A DNA stretch of 64,000 nt from contig CAVXYC010000026.1 of assembly GCA_963765765.1 (NCBI GenBank), forward strand, positions 28,030-92,029, given 5' to 3'. Position numbers and translations under genes: made by a program. The stretch comes from an uncultured Chloroflexia bacterium. GTDB taxonomy: Bacteria > Chloroflexota > UBA6077 > JACCZL01. Below, piece after piece: positions 20,566 to 30,254 of this stretch. Below the pieces are notes generated by a model. That model worked only from the letters and a program-made list of their open reading frames with translations, had not been told where the DNA came from and searched no databases. Within the stretch, counting starts at the first letter, position 1; the number at the start of each line of letters is the position of its first letter.

Positions 20566-22303
20566 CTAAGTTCGTTCTCGCGCCAGCCTGAAGCCGAGCG
20601 CACGGGCGCCCAAGGTGACGAGCAGTACGAAAAGCGTCACCAGCACCCCAATGGCGGTGCCGCGCTCCATCTCTCCAGCGAAACTGTATTCCAGCATGAG
20701 GATGGAGAGCGGACGCGACTGCGCACTGTAGAGCAGCGCCGTCGTGCCGATGTCTCGGATCGAGGAAAGAAATGCCAGAAGCCCAACCGTCACGGCCGTG
20801 GGTGCCAGGAGCGGCAGCAGCACCTTCCTATACGACGTGAGCCAGCCCGCTCCGCAGACGCGTGCGCTCTGCTCGAGCTCGGCCCCGATCTGCATGATCC
20901 CTGCCTTAAAGAAGAGCGTAGCCACGGGGCTGTCCTTTATCACCATGGCCACGATGATTCCGGTGGTTGTGCCGTAGAGGAGCCCGCGCAGGTCTGTCGC
21001 CAGGAAGAGCCACAATAAGCCAAGGCTCATCAGAATTCCGGGGACTGCCCAGGGCACCCAGACGAGCAAGTCAGCCGTCTGCGTGGCCTTTGACCGGTTT
21101 CGCACGATTGCGTAGGCGACCAGCGAGTATATGACGATCGACCCCAGTCCTACTCCAAAGGCGATGATGAGACTGTTGCGCACTGAGCCGAAAAACACCG
21201 GATCGCCGAAGAGATTCTGCCAGTGCGCCAGCGTCCAGGGATTGGGAATGTTGAAGAAACCGTACCGGCGCATGAACGAACCGAGCACCAGGAACACCAG
21301 CGGCGCCAACAGAGAGACCACGAAGAACCCGTAGCACATTGCTACGGCCGGCCATTTCCATTTACCGAGTCGCACGGGGTTCGATGAGAAACCCTGACCG
21401 GTGACTGTCGTGAATGTGCGGCTCTTGATGTACCACTGGTAGAGCAGCGCCAGGCCCATGAGCGTGAGCAGGAAGACGAACCCCAATGCGGTTGCCTCGC
21501 CGAACTTGGGTGGCTGCTCCCGAACAAGGTCCCAGATACGCGTGGAATAGACCTGGATTCCGGCCGGCTTACCGAGAAGCAGCTCTACTTCGAAGACCTC
21601 GAGACTGCGAACAAAGGAGAGCACCGCGATTCCGAGCGCGGCCGGCGCCAGCACGGGTAGCGTGACCCGAAGTGTCGTGATGAACTGGTTGGCGCCACAG
21701 ACTCGTGCTGCCTCTTCCAACGATGCGCCTACTCGACGTAATGCTGGAAGCAAGAGAACGACCTTGTAGTAAACACCGGTGGAAGCCAGGTGGACCCAGA
21801 TGATGCCCCAGAAGCTATAGATGTTGAAGACGCCGCCATCGATAAACGGAAGCTGATTGAGCGCGTCATTGATCAGGCCGAATTTTGGATCCAACAACAG
21901 GATCCAGCCAAACGTCAGCGGGAGGTGGGGGAGGAAGATTCCGATCCAGCACAGCAGCTCGAGTCCGGTTCGTCCGGGCAGGTCGCTTCGGGCAATCAGC
22001 CAGGCCAGGGTGAACGCTATCGGGAGTGAAATTAAAGTGCGCAGTCCGCCCAGTGCCACGCTGTTCCAGAGTGACATAAAGGTTCCGCTGTCGCTGAACG
22101 CGGTGATCCAGTTCTGGACCCCGTAGACAGATTCTCGACCCGGGAAGGGATAGGTTGAAGCTATTGATCAGGAGTAGCACGAGTGGCAGCGCAACGATGA
22201 TGCCGACAAGGAGCGGCAGTACATTGCCAATTAGACGCCGCGCGCGCAGCTCCGTACCGGACTGCGCCTTGAACGTCGGAGCAGTGACGATCGTCGCGCT
22301 CAC
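20566..22303 (-). CDS. ABC transporter permease, Fe3+/polyamine type, two TM modules (frameshift near 22130)
   Basis: Two EAA loops (LEEAARVCGA, LEQSARVCGA); N-terminus lies in ORF 21866..22312. Confidence 0.92.
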
Positions 22304-23430
22304 TGGGGCCACACCGACGCGCCCGTCGTATCGATCACCAGATCGACCTGGGTGCCAATAGGGAATTGCTGCCGGCGTGAGCTGAATACAAAGAGCGACC
22401 GACCGGACGCCGTGCGCACGTTGTACTCCACACGCTCGCCGAGATATGCGGCCTCCTCAACGGTGGCCACGAGCCGGTTTGGCGCCGCGTCACCGACGGC
22501 CTCCAGACGCACATCCTCTGGGCGGCACGAGACGGCGATCGGAACGGCATCACCAGTGATTGGCAGATCGCTTCCGTCCACAATGAGTGTGCGGTTCTGC
22601 TCGCCGCTCAGGGTCACGTGCAGGCGTCCGCCCTCGCGTCGCCCCACACCTTCGAGCACAAGCGCGCGGCCGAGGAAATCACGCACAAATGTCGAGGCGG
22701 GTCGCTCGTAGACTTCATCTGGCGGACCGACCTGCTCGAAGTGCCCACTGTTCATCACAGCCACGCGATCAGACATCGTCATGGCTTCCGCCTGGTCGTG
22801 CGTAACAAACAGGACCGTCATACCGAGTCGCCGCTGGATGCTACGGAGCTCCAATCGCATGTGCTCACGAAGCTTCGCGTCCAGGTTGGAGAGCGGCTCA
22901 TCGAGGAGCAAGATATCTGGCCGATACACGAGCGCGCGGGCCAACGCCACACGCTGTTGCTGTCCACCGCTCAGGGTTGTGGCCGGACGCTCACCGAGTC
23001 CGGCGAGGCCGACGATCTCCAGCGATTCTTCTACCCGCCCGCGAAGCTCCTCATTGGACATCTTTCGCAGTCTCAAGGGGAAGGCAATATTCTCGAAGAC
23101 CGTGAAGTGCGGCCAGATGGCGTAGCTCTGGAAGACCATGCCCATGTTACGCCGCTCTGGCGGGAGATACAGGCCCTTCTTCGCGGACACGATGGTGTGC
23201 CCGGTGAGGAAAAGCTCGCCATCTTCCGGATGCTCCAGGCCGGCGACGATGCGCAGCGTCGTGCTTTTGCCACAGCCGCTCGGTCCGAGAAGTGTGAACA
23301 CCTCGCCCCGTTGGATCGTGAACGAGAGCTTGTCCACCGCGCGCACTGAGCCGTATTGCTTGACCACGTCGCGGAGCTCCAGCACCGTGTCGGTGCCGAC
23401 GCCGGCCGGCGCGATGGTTGCAGCCATCAT
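22300..23430 (-). CDS. ABC transporter ATP-binding protein (PotA/FbpC-like, TOBE domain)
   Basis: [33 protein letters not shown]. Confidence 0.96.
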   Translation of the reverse strand: MMAATIAPAGVGTDTVLELRDVVKQYGSVRAVDKLSFTIQRGEVFTLLGPSGCGKSTTLRIVAGLEHPEDGELFLTGHTIVSAKKGLYLPPERRNMGMVFQSYAIWPHFTVFENIAFPLRLRKMSNEELRGRVEESLEIVGLAGLGERPATTLSGGQQQRVALARALVYRPDILLLDEPLSNLDAKLREHMRLELRSIQRRLGMTVLFVTHDQAEAMTMSDRVAVMNSGHFEQVGPPDEVYERPASTFVRDFLGRALVLEGVGRREGGRLHVTLSGEQNRTLIVDGSDLPITGDAVPIAVSCRPEDVRLEAVGDAAPNRLVATVEEAAYLGERVEYNVRTASGRSLFVFSSRRQQFPIGTQVDLVIDTTGASVWPQ

Positions 23431-24674
23431 TTCGCCGTGAGCCGCTTGATGCGCTCCAGCGCCTCAGGACTTCGCTCGCGCGATGTGAACTCCCACGAGT
23501 AGATATCGAAGTAGTTTTGCCCGGCCTTTGGCACTGTGTAGTCTGGCGACCAGCTATTGTCCACGTCGGTGCGGTTACTCACGCTTACCTGGGCCTTGTT
23601 ATAGACCTCGCTACCTTCCTTGCCAGCCATCCAGTTGACGAACAGCTTGGCCGCATTCGGGTGGGCAGGCTTATTGATCAGTGCCATCAGGCCAAAACCG
23701 GCGCTTACGGTGCCCGCGGCGTCAGGCAGGTCTCGCACCACCACGATGTTGAACCCATCCGTCTTGAGCGGCTCGAGCTCCGACGCGTTGAGCCCGAGAC
23801 TGACGGGGTACTGGCCTCGGGCGAGCCAGTCTGAGAGCTGACGCTCCTCGCGGCTGACGCCCGGCTCCTGATCTCGATAGAGGGCGCGGAAGTAGTCGTC
23901 GCCCAGGGCCTCGATGATGTAGGAGCCCGTGGCCGAACCAGGACCCGACACGGTGGGATCGTAGACGGATATCTTGCCCTTGTACTTGGGCTCCAGCAGT
24001 GTCTTCCAGGACACGATCTCGTTGGGCTGCATGAATTGCGGATTGACGGAGATCTGGAGCGAGAGCTGATTTGAGAGCCGAAGGATGTACTGATCCTCAG
24101 GATCCATAAACCATAGGCTGCCGCGACGCCAGTTGGACCCATCGGCGGCCTCCGGCGTGAACAGCTGCGACCTGATTGGATCCAGCATCTTGTCCGGATA
24201 GGCCTGGGTGTAGAGAGTGGTAGCCCCGGCGATCATCGCGTCCAGCGTGTACTGACCGGCGGCGCGTTCGGACTTGAGCCGGGTCATGAGATCACCGGAC
24301 CGACCGCCAAGGTACTCGAGCTCGATCCCGAAGCGCTCCTTGAACGCCCTGGGCAGCTCCTGGCGGACGGCTTGCGTGGGCGGCCCTGAAACGACGACCG
24401 TGCCCTCTTTCTTCGCGGCGTCCACGAGCGCGTCCCATTGTTGTTTCCAATCGGTCGCGGCGGCGCCAGACATTGCTTCGGTTGCGGGTTTGACGGCCAC
24501 CGGCGCCTCTGTCTTTGCTACCGCGGTGGCAGGAGCGCTGGTTGGAGCAGCTGCCGGCTTGGCAGCAGTTGGCGACGCCGGCGCTGCCGACTGACAGGCA
24601 GCGATCAGCATCGACGATCCGCCCAATCCAATCACTCCGATGAATGCGCGTCGGGAAAGACGATCGTTTGACAT
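23427..24674 (-). CDS. ABC substrate-binding lipoprotein with Tat-type signal
   Basis: SRRAFI twin-arginine, IAAC lipobox, AAKKEGTV, PAHPNAAKLFVNW. Confidence 0.92.
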   Translation of the reverse strand: MSNDRLSRRAFIGVIGLGGSSMLIAACQSAAPASPTAAKPAAAPTSAPATAVAKTEAPVAVKPATEAMSGAAATDWKQQWDALVDAAKKEGTVVVSGPPTQAVRQELPRAFKERFGIELEYLGGRSGDLMTRLKSERAAGQYTLDAMIAGATTLYTQAYPDKMLDPIRSQLFTPEAADGSNWRRGSLWFMDPEDQYILRLSNQLSLQISVNPQFMQPNEIVSWKTLLEPKYKGKISVYDPTVSGPGSATGSYIIEALGDDYFRALYRDQEPGVSREERQLSDWLARGQYPVSLGLNASELEPLKTDGFNIVVVRDLPDAAGTVSAGFGLMALINKPAHPNAAKLFVNWMAGKEGSEVYNKAQVSVSNRTDVDNSWSPDYTVPKAGQNYFDIYSWEFTSRERSPEALERIKRLTAK

Positions 24675-24770
24675 TTATTCTGCCCCGTGTGTCGATTGCG
24701 TCGGTGTCGGCTTGATTCAGGCACCGTCGAAGAATCGGAATAACGTTGCGCTACGATCGATTCGGAACTC

Positions 24771-26020
24771 TTACGCCTTGACCGTCAGGCGCTTCATCTT
24801 CTCGAGCTCATCGGGGCTGAACCCGTCGAGCGTCCATTGCCAGTCGTACGAGTCAAAGTAGTCCACGCCCGGCGTGGGCAACATGTAATCGGGGACCCAT
24901 TCGTTGTTGACGTCGGTGCGGTTGCTGACCGTGACCTGCGATTTGTTGTAGACCTCGCTGCCTTCCTTCATTGCGATCCAGTTCAAAAAGAGCTTCGCGG
25001 CGTTGGGATGCGGCGCCTTGTTCACAAGCCCGATGAGACCGAAGCCCGCGCTCACAGTGCCGGGCGCGTCGGGCAGGTCTTTCAATACCTGGATCTTGAA
25101 GCCATCCTTCTTGAGAAGCTCTACCTCGTTGGAGCCGGCGCTGAATTGAGATCGGGTAGGTACCGCGCGCGATCCAGTCAGACATCTGGCGGTCGTCGCG
25201 AGTGATCGATATCTCCTGCCCCTGGTAAAGCGAGCGGACGTAATCCTCGCCGAGCATCTTCATCAAGTAGGCGGCCGGGGGCCAGCCTGCCCCCGATACC
25301 GTCGGATCGTGCGCCGTGATCTTCCCCCGGTACTGCGGGGCCAGCAGATCTTTCCAGAGCTTTATGGGCGCTGGATCCACGTATTCTGTGTTGACCGTAA
25401 TGCTGTGCGAGGCATTGTTTGTGATGCGCAGGATGTACTGGTTGTCCGGGTCCATGAACCAGAGCTTGCCGGCCTTCCATTTGCTGCCATCGCTTGCCTC
25501 GGGATTCACAAGTGCCGGCGGAATGGGATCCAGGAGCTTGTTGCCATAGGCTCGCGTGTACATGCTCTGCGCGCCGGCGATCATGGCATCCAGCGTGTAC
25601 TGACCCGCCGCGCGCTCAGACTCCACCTTGGTGAGTAGATCGCCAGTTCGGCCACCGAGGTATTCCACTTCGATTCCGAATCGCTCCTTGAATTTGGCGG
25701 GTATCTGCTGGCGCACTTCCGGCGTTGGCGGGCCGGAAGAATGAGGGTGCCCTCTTTCTTAGCCGCTTCGATCAAGTCAGTCCAGGACTTTTCCCAACCC
25801 GCCGGGGCGGCGGGAGCGGCTGCTTTCGCGGCCGCTGGCGCCTCAGTTGGCTTGGCAGGCGCCGCGGCCTTTGGCGCGGCTGGAGCCTCGGTGGGCTTGA
25901 CGGGGCGGCCGCTGGCGGCGCTGACTGGCAGGCTGCCAGGAGCGTGGCGCTGCCAACAGCGAGTGACTTCAAGAACGATCGTCGATCAATCGACCGCTCA
26001 CCGGAAAGCCGAATCCCCAT
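24771..26020 (-). CDS. ABC substrate-binding lipoprotein, paralog of 23427..24674 (several frameshifts)
   Basis: DRRSFL, LAAC, AAKKEGT, APHPNAAKLFLNW; shared segments such as SERAAGQYTLDAMIAGA; split across ORFs 25772..26065, 25581..25775, 24853..25716 and 24771..25085. Confidence 0.88.
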
Positions 26021-26227
26021 GCCTAAAGACCTCCGTGGTCTGTCGCCGGAACCTGATGCCGCCACGACGCGGCGTCCACCGATTATGCCCCCAACTCAGC
26101 GTGGCGTGCACACAAAAAATCTTATTGAGGTGCGTACAATGGCGCTCCGTGGCACACAATGCTTCTCAGGCCACCAGTCAAGCCTCTGGCGGACGGCTGA
26201 GCGCGCTCAAGTCGTCCAGATTTCCGC

Positions 26228-27430
26228 ATGTTCTGGGCGGCCTCGCTGGTTTCTCAGATCGGTGGCTGGGCCGCGCAGGTGGCCACCTCCTGGCTGCTCC
26301 TGGAGATGACCAACTCGGCCTTTTACCTGGGCCTCCAGGGACTCTTTCTAGCGGTCCCCTTCATCGGTAGCTCCATGATCGCTGGCGCGGTGGCGGACCG
26401 TATGGACCGAAAGCGGCTCCTGCTTATTACGCAATGGGGGGCTCTGCTGGTCTCGGCGGCTCAGGCAGGGTTGGTTCACCTTGGTCTGATCGCGGTCTGG
26501 CAAATCTACCTCTTTAGCTCATTGAGCTGGGTTTGCGCCGGGTTTGAGACAGCGGCGCGTCAATCCCTGCTTCCCAACATGGTGCAAAAACATCAGATTC
26601 CCAGTGCCATAGCGCTTTACTCCACCATCCACCGGACGACAGCCTTGATTGGCCCCGCGCTGGGCGGACTGACCATCGCGCATTTTGGCGTGGCCGGGGC
26701 ACTGTACTCCCAAACCGTCGGCTGGGCGCTTCTGGTGTGGGCAGTGACCCTGATGAAAACTACCTCCGTGCCCGGGGGAACTGGGCCGTTATTCACCGCG
26801 GTGAAGGCCGGTTTCAGTTATGCGCGGGCGCATCGAAAGATCGCGGCGCTGCTTGCCGTGCAGGCTTCCACGAGCATGTTGGTCAACTCAGGCGCGCTAT
26901 TGCCAATTTACGCGCGCGACATTCTAGAGATCGGGCCACAGGGCCTGGGTATGCTGCACTCAGTGACGGGCCTTGGCAGCCTGGTTGGCATGGGATTGGT
27001 AATCTGGCTGGGCCACCGCGGCACGCATGGTCGCTGGATTGTGTTCGGCAGCATCCTCCAACCGGTGTTCTTGGCCGTCTTTGGCATGTCGACGTTTCTA
27101 CCGCTTTCAATGCTCATGCTCTTCTCGGTGGGTCTCGTGGAAATGACCGTTGGGACGCTCCGTCAGACAGTCATGCAGCTCAGTGTCGATGACGCGTATC
27201 GCGGCCGTGTCATGAGCCTGTCGTCGATCTCGGCCCGGGGCGTGAGCCCATTTGGCAACTTGCAGAGCGGTACACTGGCGACTCTCATCGGCGCTCCTCT
27301 CGCCATCGTTTCGAGCGCCGGGCTGGCCGTCTGCATCGCAATGTGGGTCTGGCTTCGAACGCCGGAGTTCCTCGCGGACGCGGGTGTGACTCGACGTACC
27401 TCTGAACCTGCTCAATCTCCCGCCGTGTAG
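26228..27430 (+). CDS. MFS transporter (DHA3/EntS-like)
   Basis: AGAVADRMDRKRLL motif A, IGPALGG, YRGRVMS; true start probably slightly upstream across a frameshift. Confidence 0.9.
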   Translation: MFWAASLVSQIGGWAAQVATSWLLLEMTNSAFYLGLQGLFLAVPFIGSSMIAGAVADRMDRKRLLLITQWGALLVSAAQAGLVHLGLIAVWQIYLFSSLSWVCAGFETAARQSLLPNMVQKHQIPSAIALYSTIHRTTALIGPALGGLTIAHFGVAGALYSQTVGWALLVWAVTLMKTTSVPGGTGPLFTAVKAGFSYARAHRKIAALLAVQASTSMLVNSGALLPIYARDILEIGPQGLGMLHSVTGLGSLVGMGLVIWLGHRGTHGRWIVFGSILQPVFLAVFGMSTFLPLSMLMLFSVGLVEMTVGTLRQTVMQLSVDDAYRGRVMSLSSISARGVSPFGNLQSGTLATLIGAPLAIVSSAGLAVCIAMWVWLRTPEFLADAGVTRRTSEPAQSPAV

Positions 27431-27504
27431 CCGCGTATTCGCAAGCGGGATTCGCATAGCGAGTACGATGATGCTGGATGGCCCGACGGTCCGGAGGTCA
27501 CGTC

Positions 27505-28272
27505 ATGTTCAACGACGAGTTCATCAAAGAGCTATGGACGTATGCCGACGAAGTGCGCATGGTAGAGCATCCGTGGTTTAAGGGCATTGCCGAGCATCGC
27601 TGGACGAGAGAGGAAATTATTCTCGGCGAAGTGCAGCATTACCTGAGGGTGCGCACCAACCCAATCTACTTCGGCTACATCGCTATCAACGCGGTAGCGG
27701 ACAAGTCGTATCAGATCATGGGTACGGTGCTCGAGAACTTTATGGAAGAGCTTTCGGGGCCGCGCTCACACGTTGACATCGTGCTGCAGTTTCTCGAGGA
27801 GGGGGGTATCGCGCGCGAAGAGGCGGACCAGGCGGAAGCCGCGCCGGGGACAATGGCTGCCATCGAGATGATCGCCCACCATTGTCAGCATCGCTCGGCG
27901 CTGGAAGGCGTCGCAATGCTGGCATTCGTCGAGAGCATGCACGGTGGATTAGACGGGGCGGCCGCCAGTGTCTACCCACACCTCATCGGGCATTACGGCT
28001 TTTCCGAGCGCGCCGCGGAGACATACAAGATCCACGCCGAGCAGGACGTCGGCCATGGCGGCCATCAAATCGAGATCCTGCGCGAGTTTGCCACCGATGA
28101 CGCGGCGAAGGATCGCATCCGCAACGCGGTGAAGCTTGGACTGACTGCCTACACTTTGGAATGGGACGGGCACGTCCAGGCCATGACCGGCCGTCGCGAA
28201 TTCTGGCAGGGCACGGGCCCGCTACATCTGAGGCAGCCACAAGTACGTCTACGCGCAATGCAGTCGCGCTAG
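27505..28272 (+). CDS. Heme-oxygenase-like diiron protein (TenA/PqqC/CADD superfamily)
   Basis: GGAGG RBS; HPWF, EELSGPRSH, FVES, HAEQDVGH (E-x6-H...E...H-x3-D-x2-H). Confidence 0.85.
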   Translation: MFNDEFIKELWTYADEVRMVEHPWFKGIAEHRWTREEIILGEVQHYLRVRTNPIYFGYIAINAVADKSYQIMGTVLENFMEELSGPRSHVDIVLQFLEEGGIAREEADQAEAAPGTMAAIEMIAHHCQHRSALEGVAMLAFVESMHGGLDGAAASVYPHLIGHYGFSERAAETYKIHAEQDVGHGGHQIEILREFATDDAAKDRIRNAVKLGLTAYTLEWDGHVQAMTGRREFWQGTGPLHLRQPQVRLRAMQSR

Positions 28273-28278
28273 AGCGCG

Positions 28279-28305
28279 CCGGTAGGACAGGCGCCTCTGC
28301 CTGTC
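28279..28305. repeat. GTAG-type REP-like element
   Basis: CCGGTAGGACAGGCGCCTCTGCCTGTC; related to 9827-9933 and 55012-55036. Confidence 0.6.
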
Positions 28306-28405
28306 TTTGGGAGTGCGTGTGGCCGGGACACCGCTTTGGATTTCGCGATCTCAAATTGAAGCGTGCGCGGAATCCAAAGCGGAGTCGTAGCCACCCGCAC
28401 TCCAA
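28306..28405. repeat. REP-like inverted repeat (GGAGTGCG...CGCACTCC family)
   Basis: GGAGTGCGTGTGGCCGGGACACCGCTTTGGATT...AATCCAAAGCGG...CGCACTCC; near-identical left arm at 43263. Confidence 0.75.
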
Positions 28406-28410
28406 GGCTC

Positions 28411-29456
28411 CTACGATGCGGGTCGGGACTCCTCGGGCATAACCTCGAGCGTGAGTCGTTCCGCGCCTCGGATCACCGTTAACGGCGCACGCGTTCCGAC
28501 GCGCGCTTCTGTCAGCAGACGGTGCAGGTCATCGATCGCGGCTAACGGGTGCCCGTCGAAGCCGACCAGGATGTCACCTTCCCTCAATCCCGCGCGTTGC
28601 GCCGCGCCGTTCGGCTCGACTGAGATCACGAGGATTCCGCTCTCCACTGGCAGGTCGAAGAAGCGGACGACTCGGCGCAGTAGCGGGACGTTCTGTCCGG
28701 CCACGCCGATCACGCCGCGGCGAATCTTGCCGTCTCGGATAAGCTTGCTGGCCACGTAGGTGGCGGTGTTGATCGCGATGGCGAAGGAGATGCCCTGGGC
28801 CGTTGCGATCATGGCGGTATTTACGCCGATCACCTCCCCGCGAGAGTTCACGAGCGGTCCGCCACTATTACCAGGGTTGAGCGCGGCATCTGTCTGGATG
28901 ATGTCGTCCATAAGTCGACCGCTGGAAGCGCGTAGCGATCGACCGAGGGCGCTTACCACTCCCGCGGTAACAGTGGCCTGGAAGCCGTACGGGTTGCCGA
29001 TTGCAATAGCTAACTGGCCCGGCCTGATGGCGTTGGAGTCACCGAGCACCACCGTGCTAAGGCCCGGTGCGCTGACGCGCACGACCGCGAGATCCGTATC
29101 CGGGTCTTCGCCCACCAGGTCCGCGGTTAGCTCGCGCCCATCCGCCAGGGCCACCGAGATCGCGCTCGCGCGGTGCACCACGTGGCTGTTGGTGACAATG
29201 AGCCCATCGGGCGTGATGATGAACCCGGAGCCGCTCCCACGACCTTGTTGTCGGCGTCCCCGGCGCCGGCCCCTTGCGCCGCTCGGTGCTCAACCTCGAC
29301 CCTGACCACCGCTGGGCCGACCAGCTCGACTGCTCGTGAGACCGCCAGCGAGTAAGCGTCCAGCAGGTCGTCGTCCCCGCGCTCGGAGAGTGCGTGTAAT
29401 CCCCTCTGCCCGGACGGGCCATCGATATCCTCGATTTGCTGGAAAAGTGCTGCCAA
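28411..29456 (-). CDS. HtrA/DegP-like trypsin serine protease with PDZ domain (frameshift near 29235)
   Basis: LLDAYS, GSGFII, TNSHVV, DLAVV, IQTDAALNPGNSGGPL, C-terminal PDZ. Confidence 0.92.
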
Positions 29457-29576
29457 ATTCTGCCTTGTTTCCGGAGCCTAAGAATGCACAACGGACCTGC
29501 ATCCCGTTTGGCAGGCTCCTTTATTCTTGAAAACGCCTCTGCTGCTCGCGCAATTCCGTTTTCCAGAAGTGGGCAG

Positions 29577-29798
29577 CTAGATCGGCCAGTCCGCTGGCAG
29601 CTCAGCCCGCGCAGCCTGGTATTCGGGATCGTCAGCGTACGCTCCGGCAATGCGCTCGAGCGTTTGGACTAACTCGTCCTCACTGAGTCGGAGGACATTC
29701 GAGACCATACCCGTGGTCTCCTCGAAGCTTCCGCTTCAATGGCGGTGTCAGCCACGCATGCGTTGCAGGATGTAGCGATCAGCCTCGGCCAGCGCCAT
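29577..29798 (-). CDS. Candidate small selenoprotein with two Sec residues (G-U-H-R-H-U-S-G), 73 aa
   Basis: GGAGG RBS, ATG at 29798, TGA at codons 17 (29750-29748) and 21 (29738-29736), frame stays open to TAG at 29577: MALAEADRYILQRMRGUHRHUSGSFEETTGMVSNVLRLSEDELVQTLERIAGAYADDPEYQAARAELPADWPI. SECIS-like hairpin follows. Confidence 0.75.
29698..29726 (-). promoter_or_regulatory. Putative bacterial SECIS hairpin
   Basis: mRNA UUC-GAG-GAGACCA-[CGGGUA]-UGGUCUC-GAA; loop starts 22 nt after the second UGA and 34 nt after the first, with G at loop position 2. Confidence 0.6.
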
Positions 29799-29828
29799 GA
29801 CAGTGCCTCCGCGGGGATTCCCTTGATT

Positions 29829-30239
29829 CTAGCGTTCGGGGGACAGGGCGCGGATTGTCACCTCCTCGCATATCGGGTGTGGACCCCCATCCTCACTTGA
29901 CTCCACACGAAGCCGTCCAAAGAGCCGACACGGAATTCCCTGCCATTCGGCTCGGAGAATGAGGAACGGATAGGTAAGCGTAGAGCCAGGTGGCTCATCA
30001 AAGTCCACAACACTAGAGATGCTGCCCAGTGAATCGCCTGGAATGAGAAGGGGCGGATGGATTGCCAAGTCTTCGGCTCGGAACTGATCGTGGGGTATGC
30101 GTAGCTCGTGGATCTCCAGCGGGCGGGGCGATTCGTTCCGAATCGTCCAGGAGATACTCCACCGTTTGGCCGGTAGGCAGACCGCCGGGGATGATGCCTC
30201 GATCGATACCGAAAGGTCGCTCAGTGACGCGTCGGGCAT
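29829..30239 (-). CDS. Hypothetical beta-rich protein upstream of the candidate selenoprotein
   Basis: 136-aa ATG ORF 15 nt after the MFS stop and 30 nt before the next start; WSISWTIRN...IPHDQFR...FLILRAEW. Confidence 0.75.
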   Translation of the reverse strand: MPDASLSDLSVSIEASSPAVCLPAKRWSISWTIRNESPRPLEIHELRIPHDQFRAEDLAIHPPLLIPGDSLGSISSVVDFDEPPGSTLTYPFLILRAEWQGIPCRLFGRLRVESSEDGGPHPICEEVTIRALSPER

Positions 30240-30254
30240 GGGCTAGCGAAGGTC

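Noticed and set aside
29577-29798. Genome-wide UGA reassignment (code 4 or 25) as the explanation for the two TGAs
   Set aside because: Many conserved genes in the same segment end at TGA at their expected C-termini and have no internal TGA.
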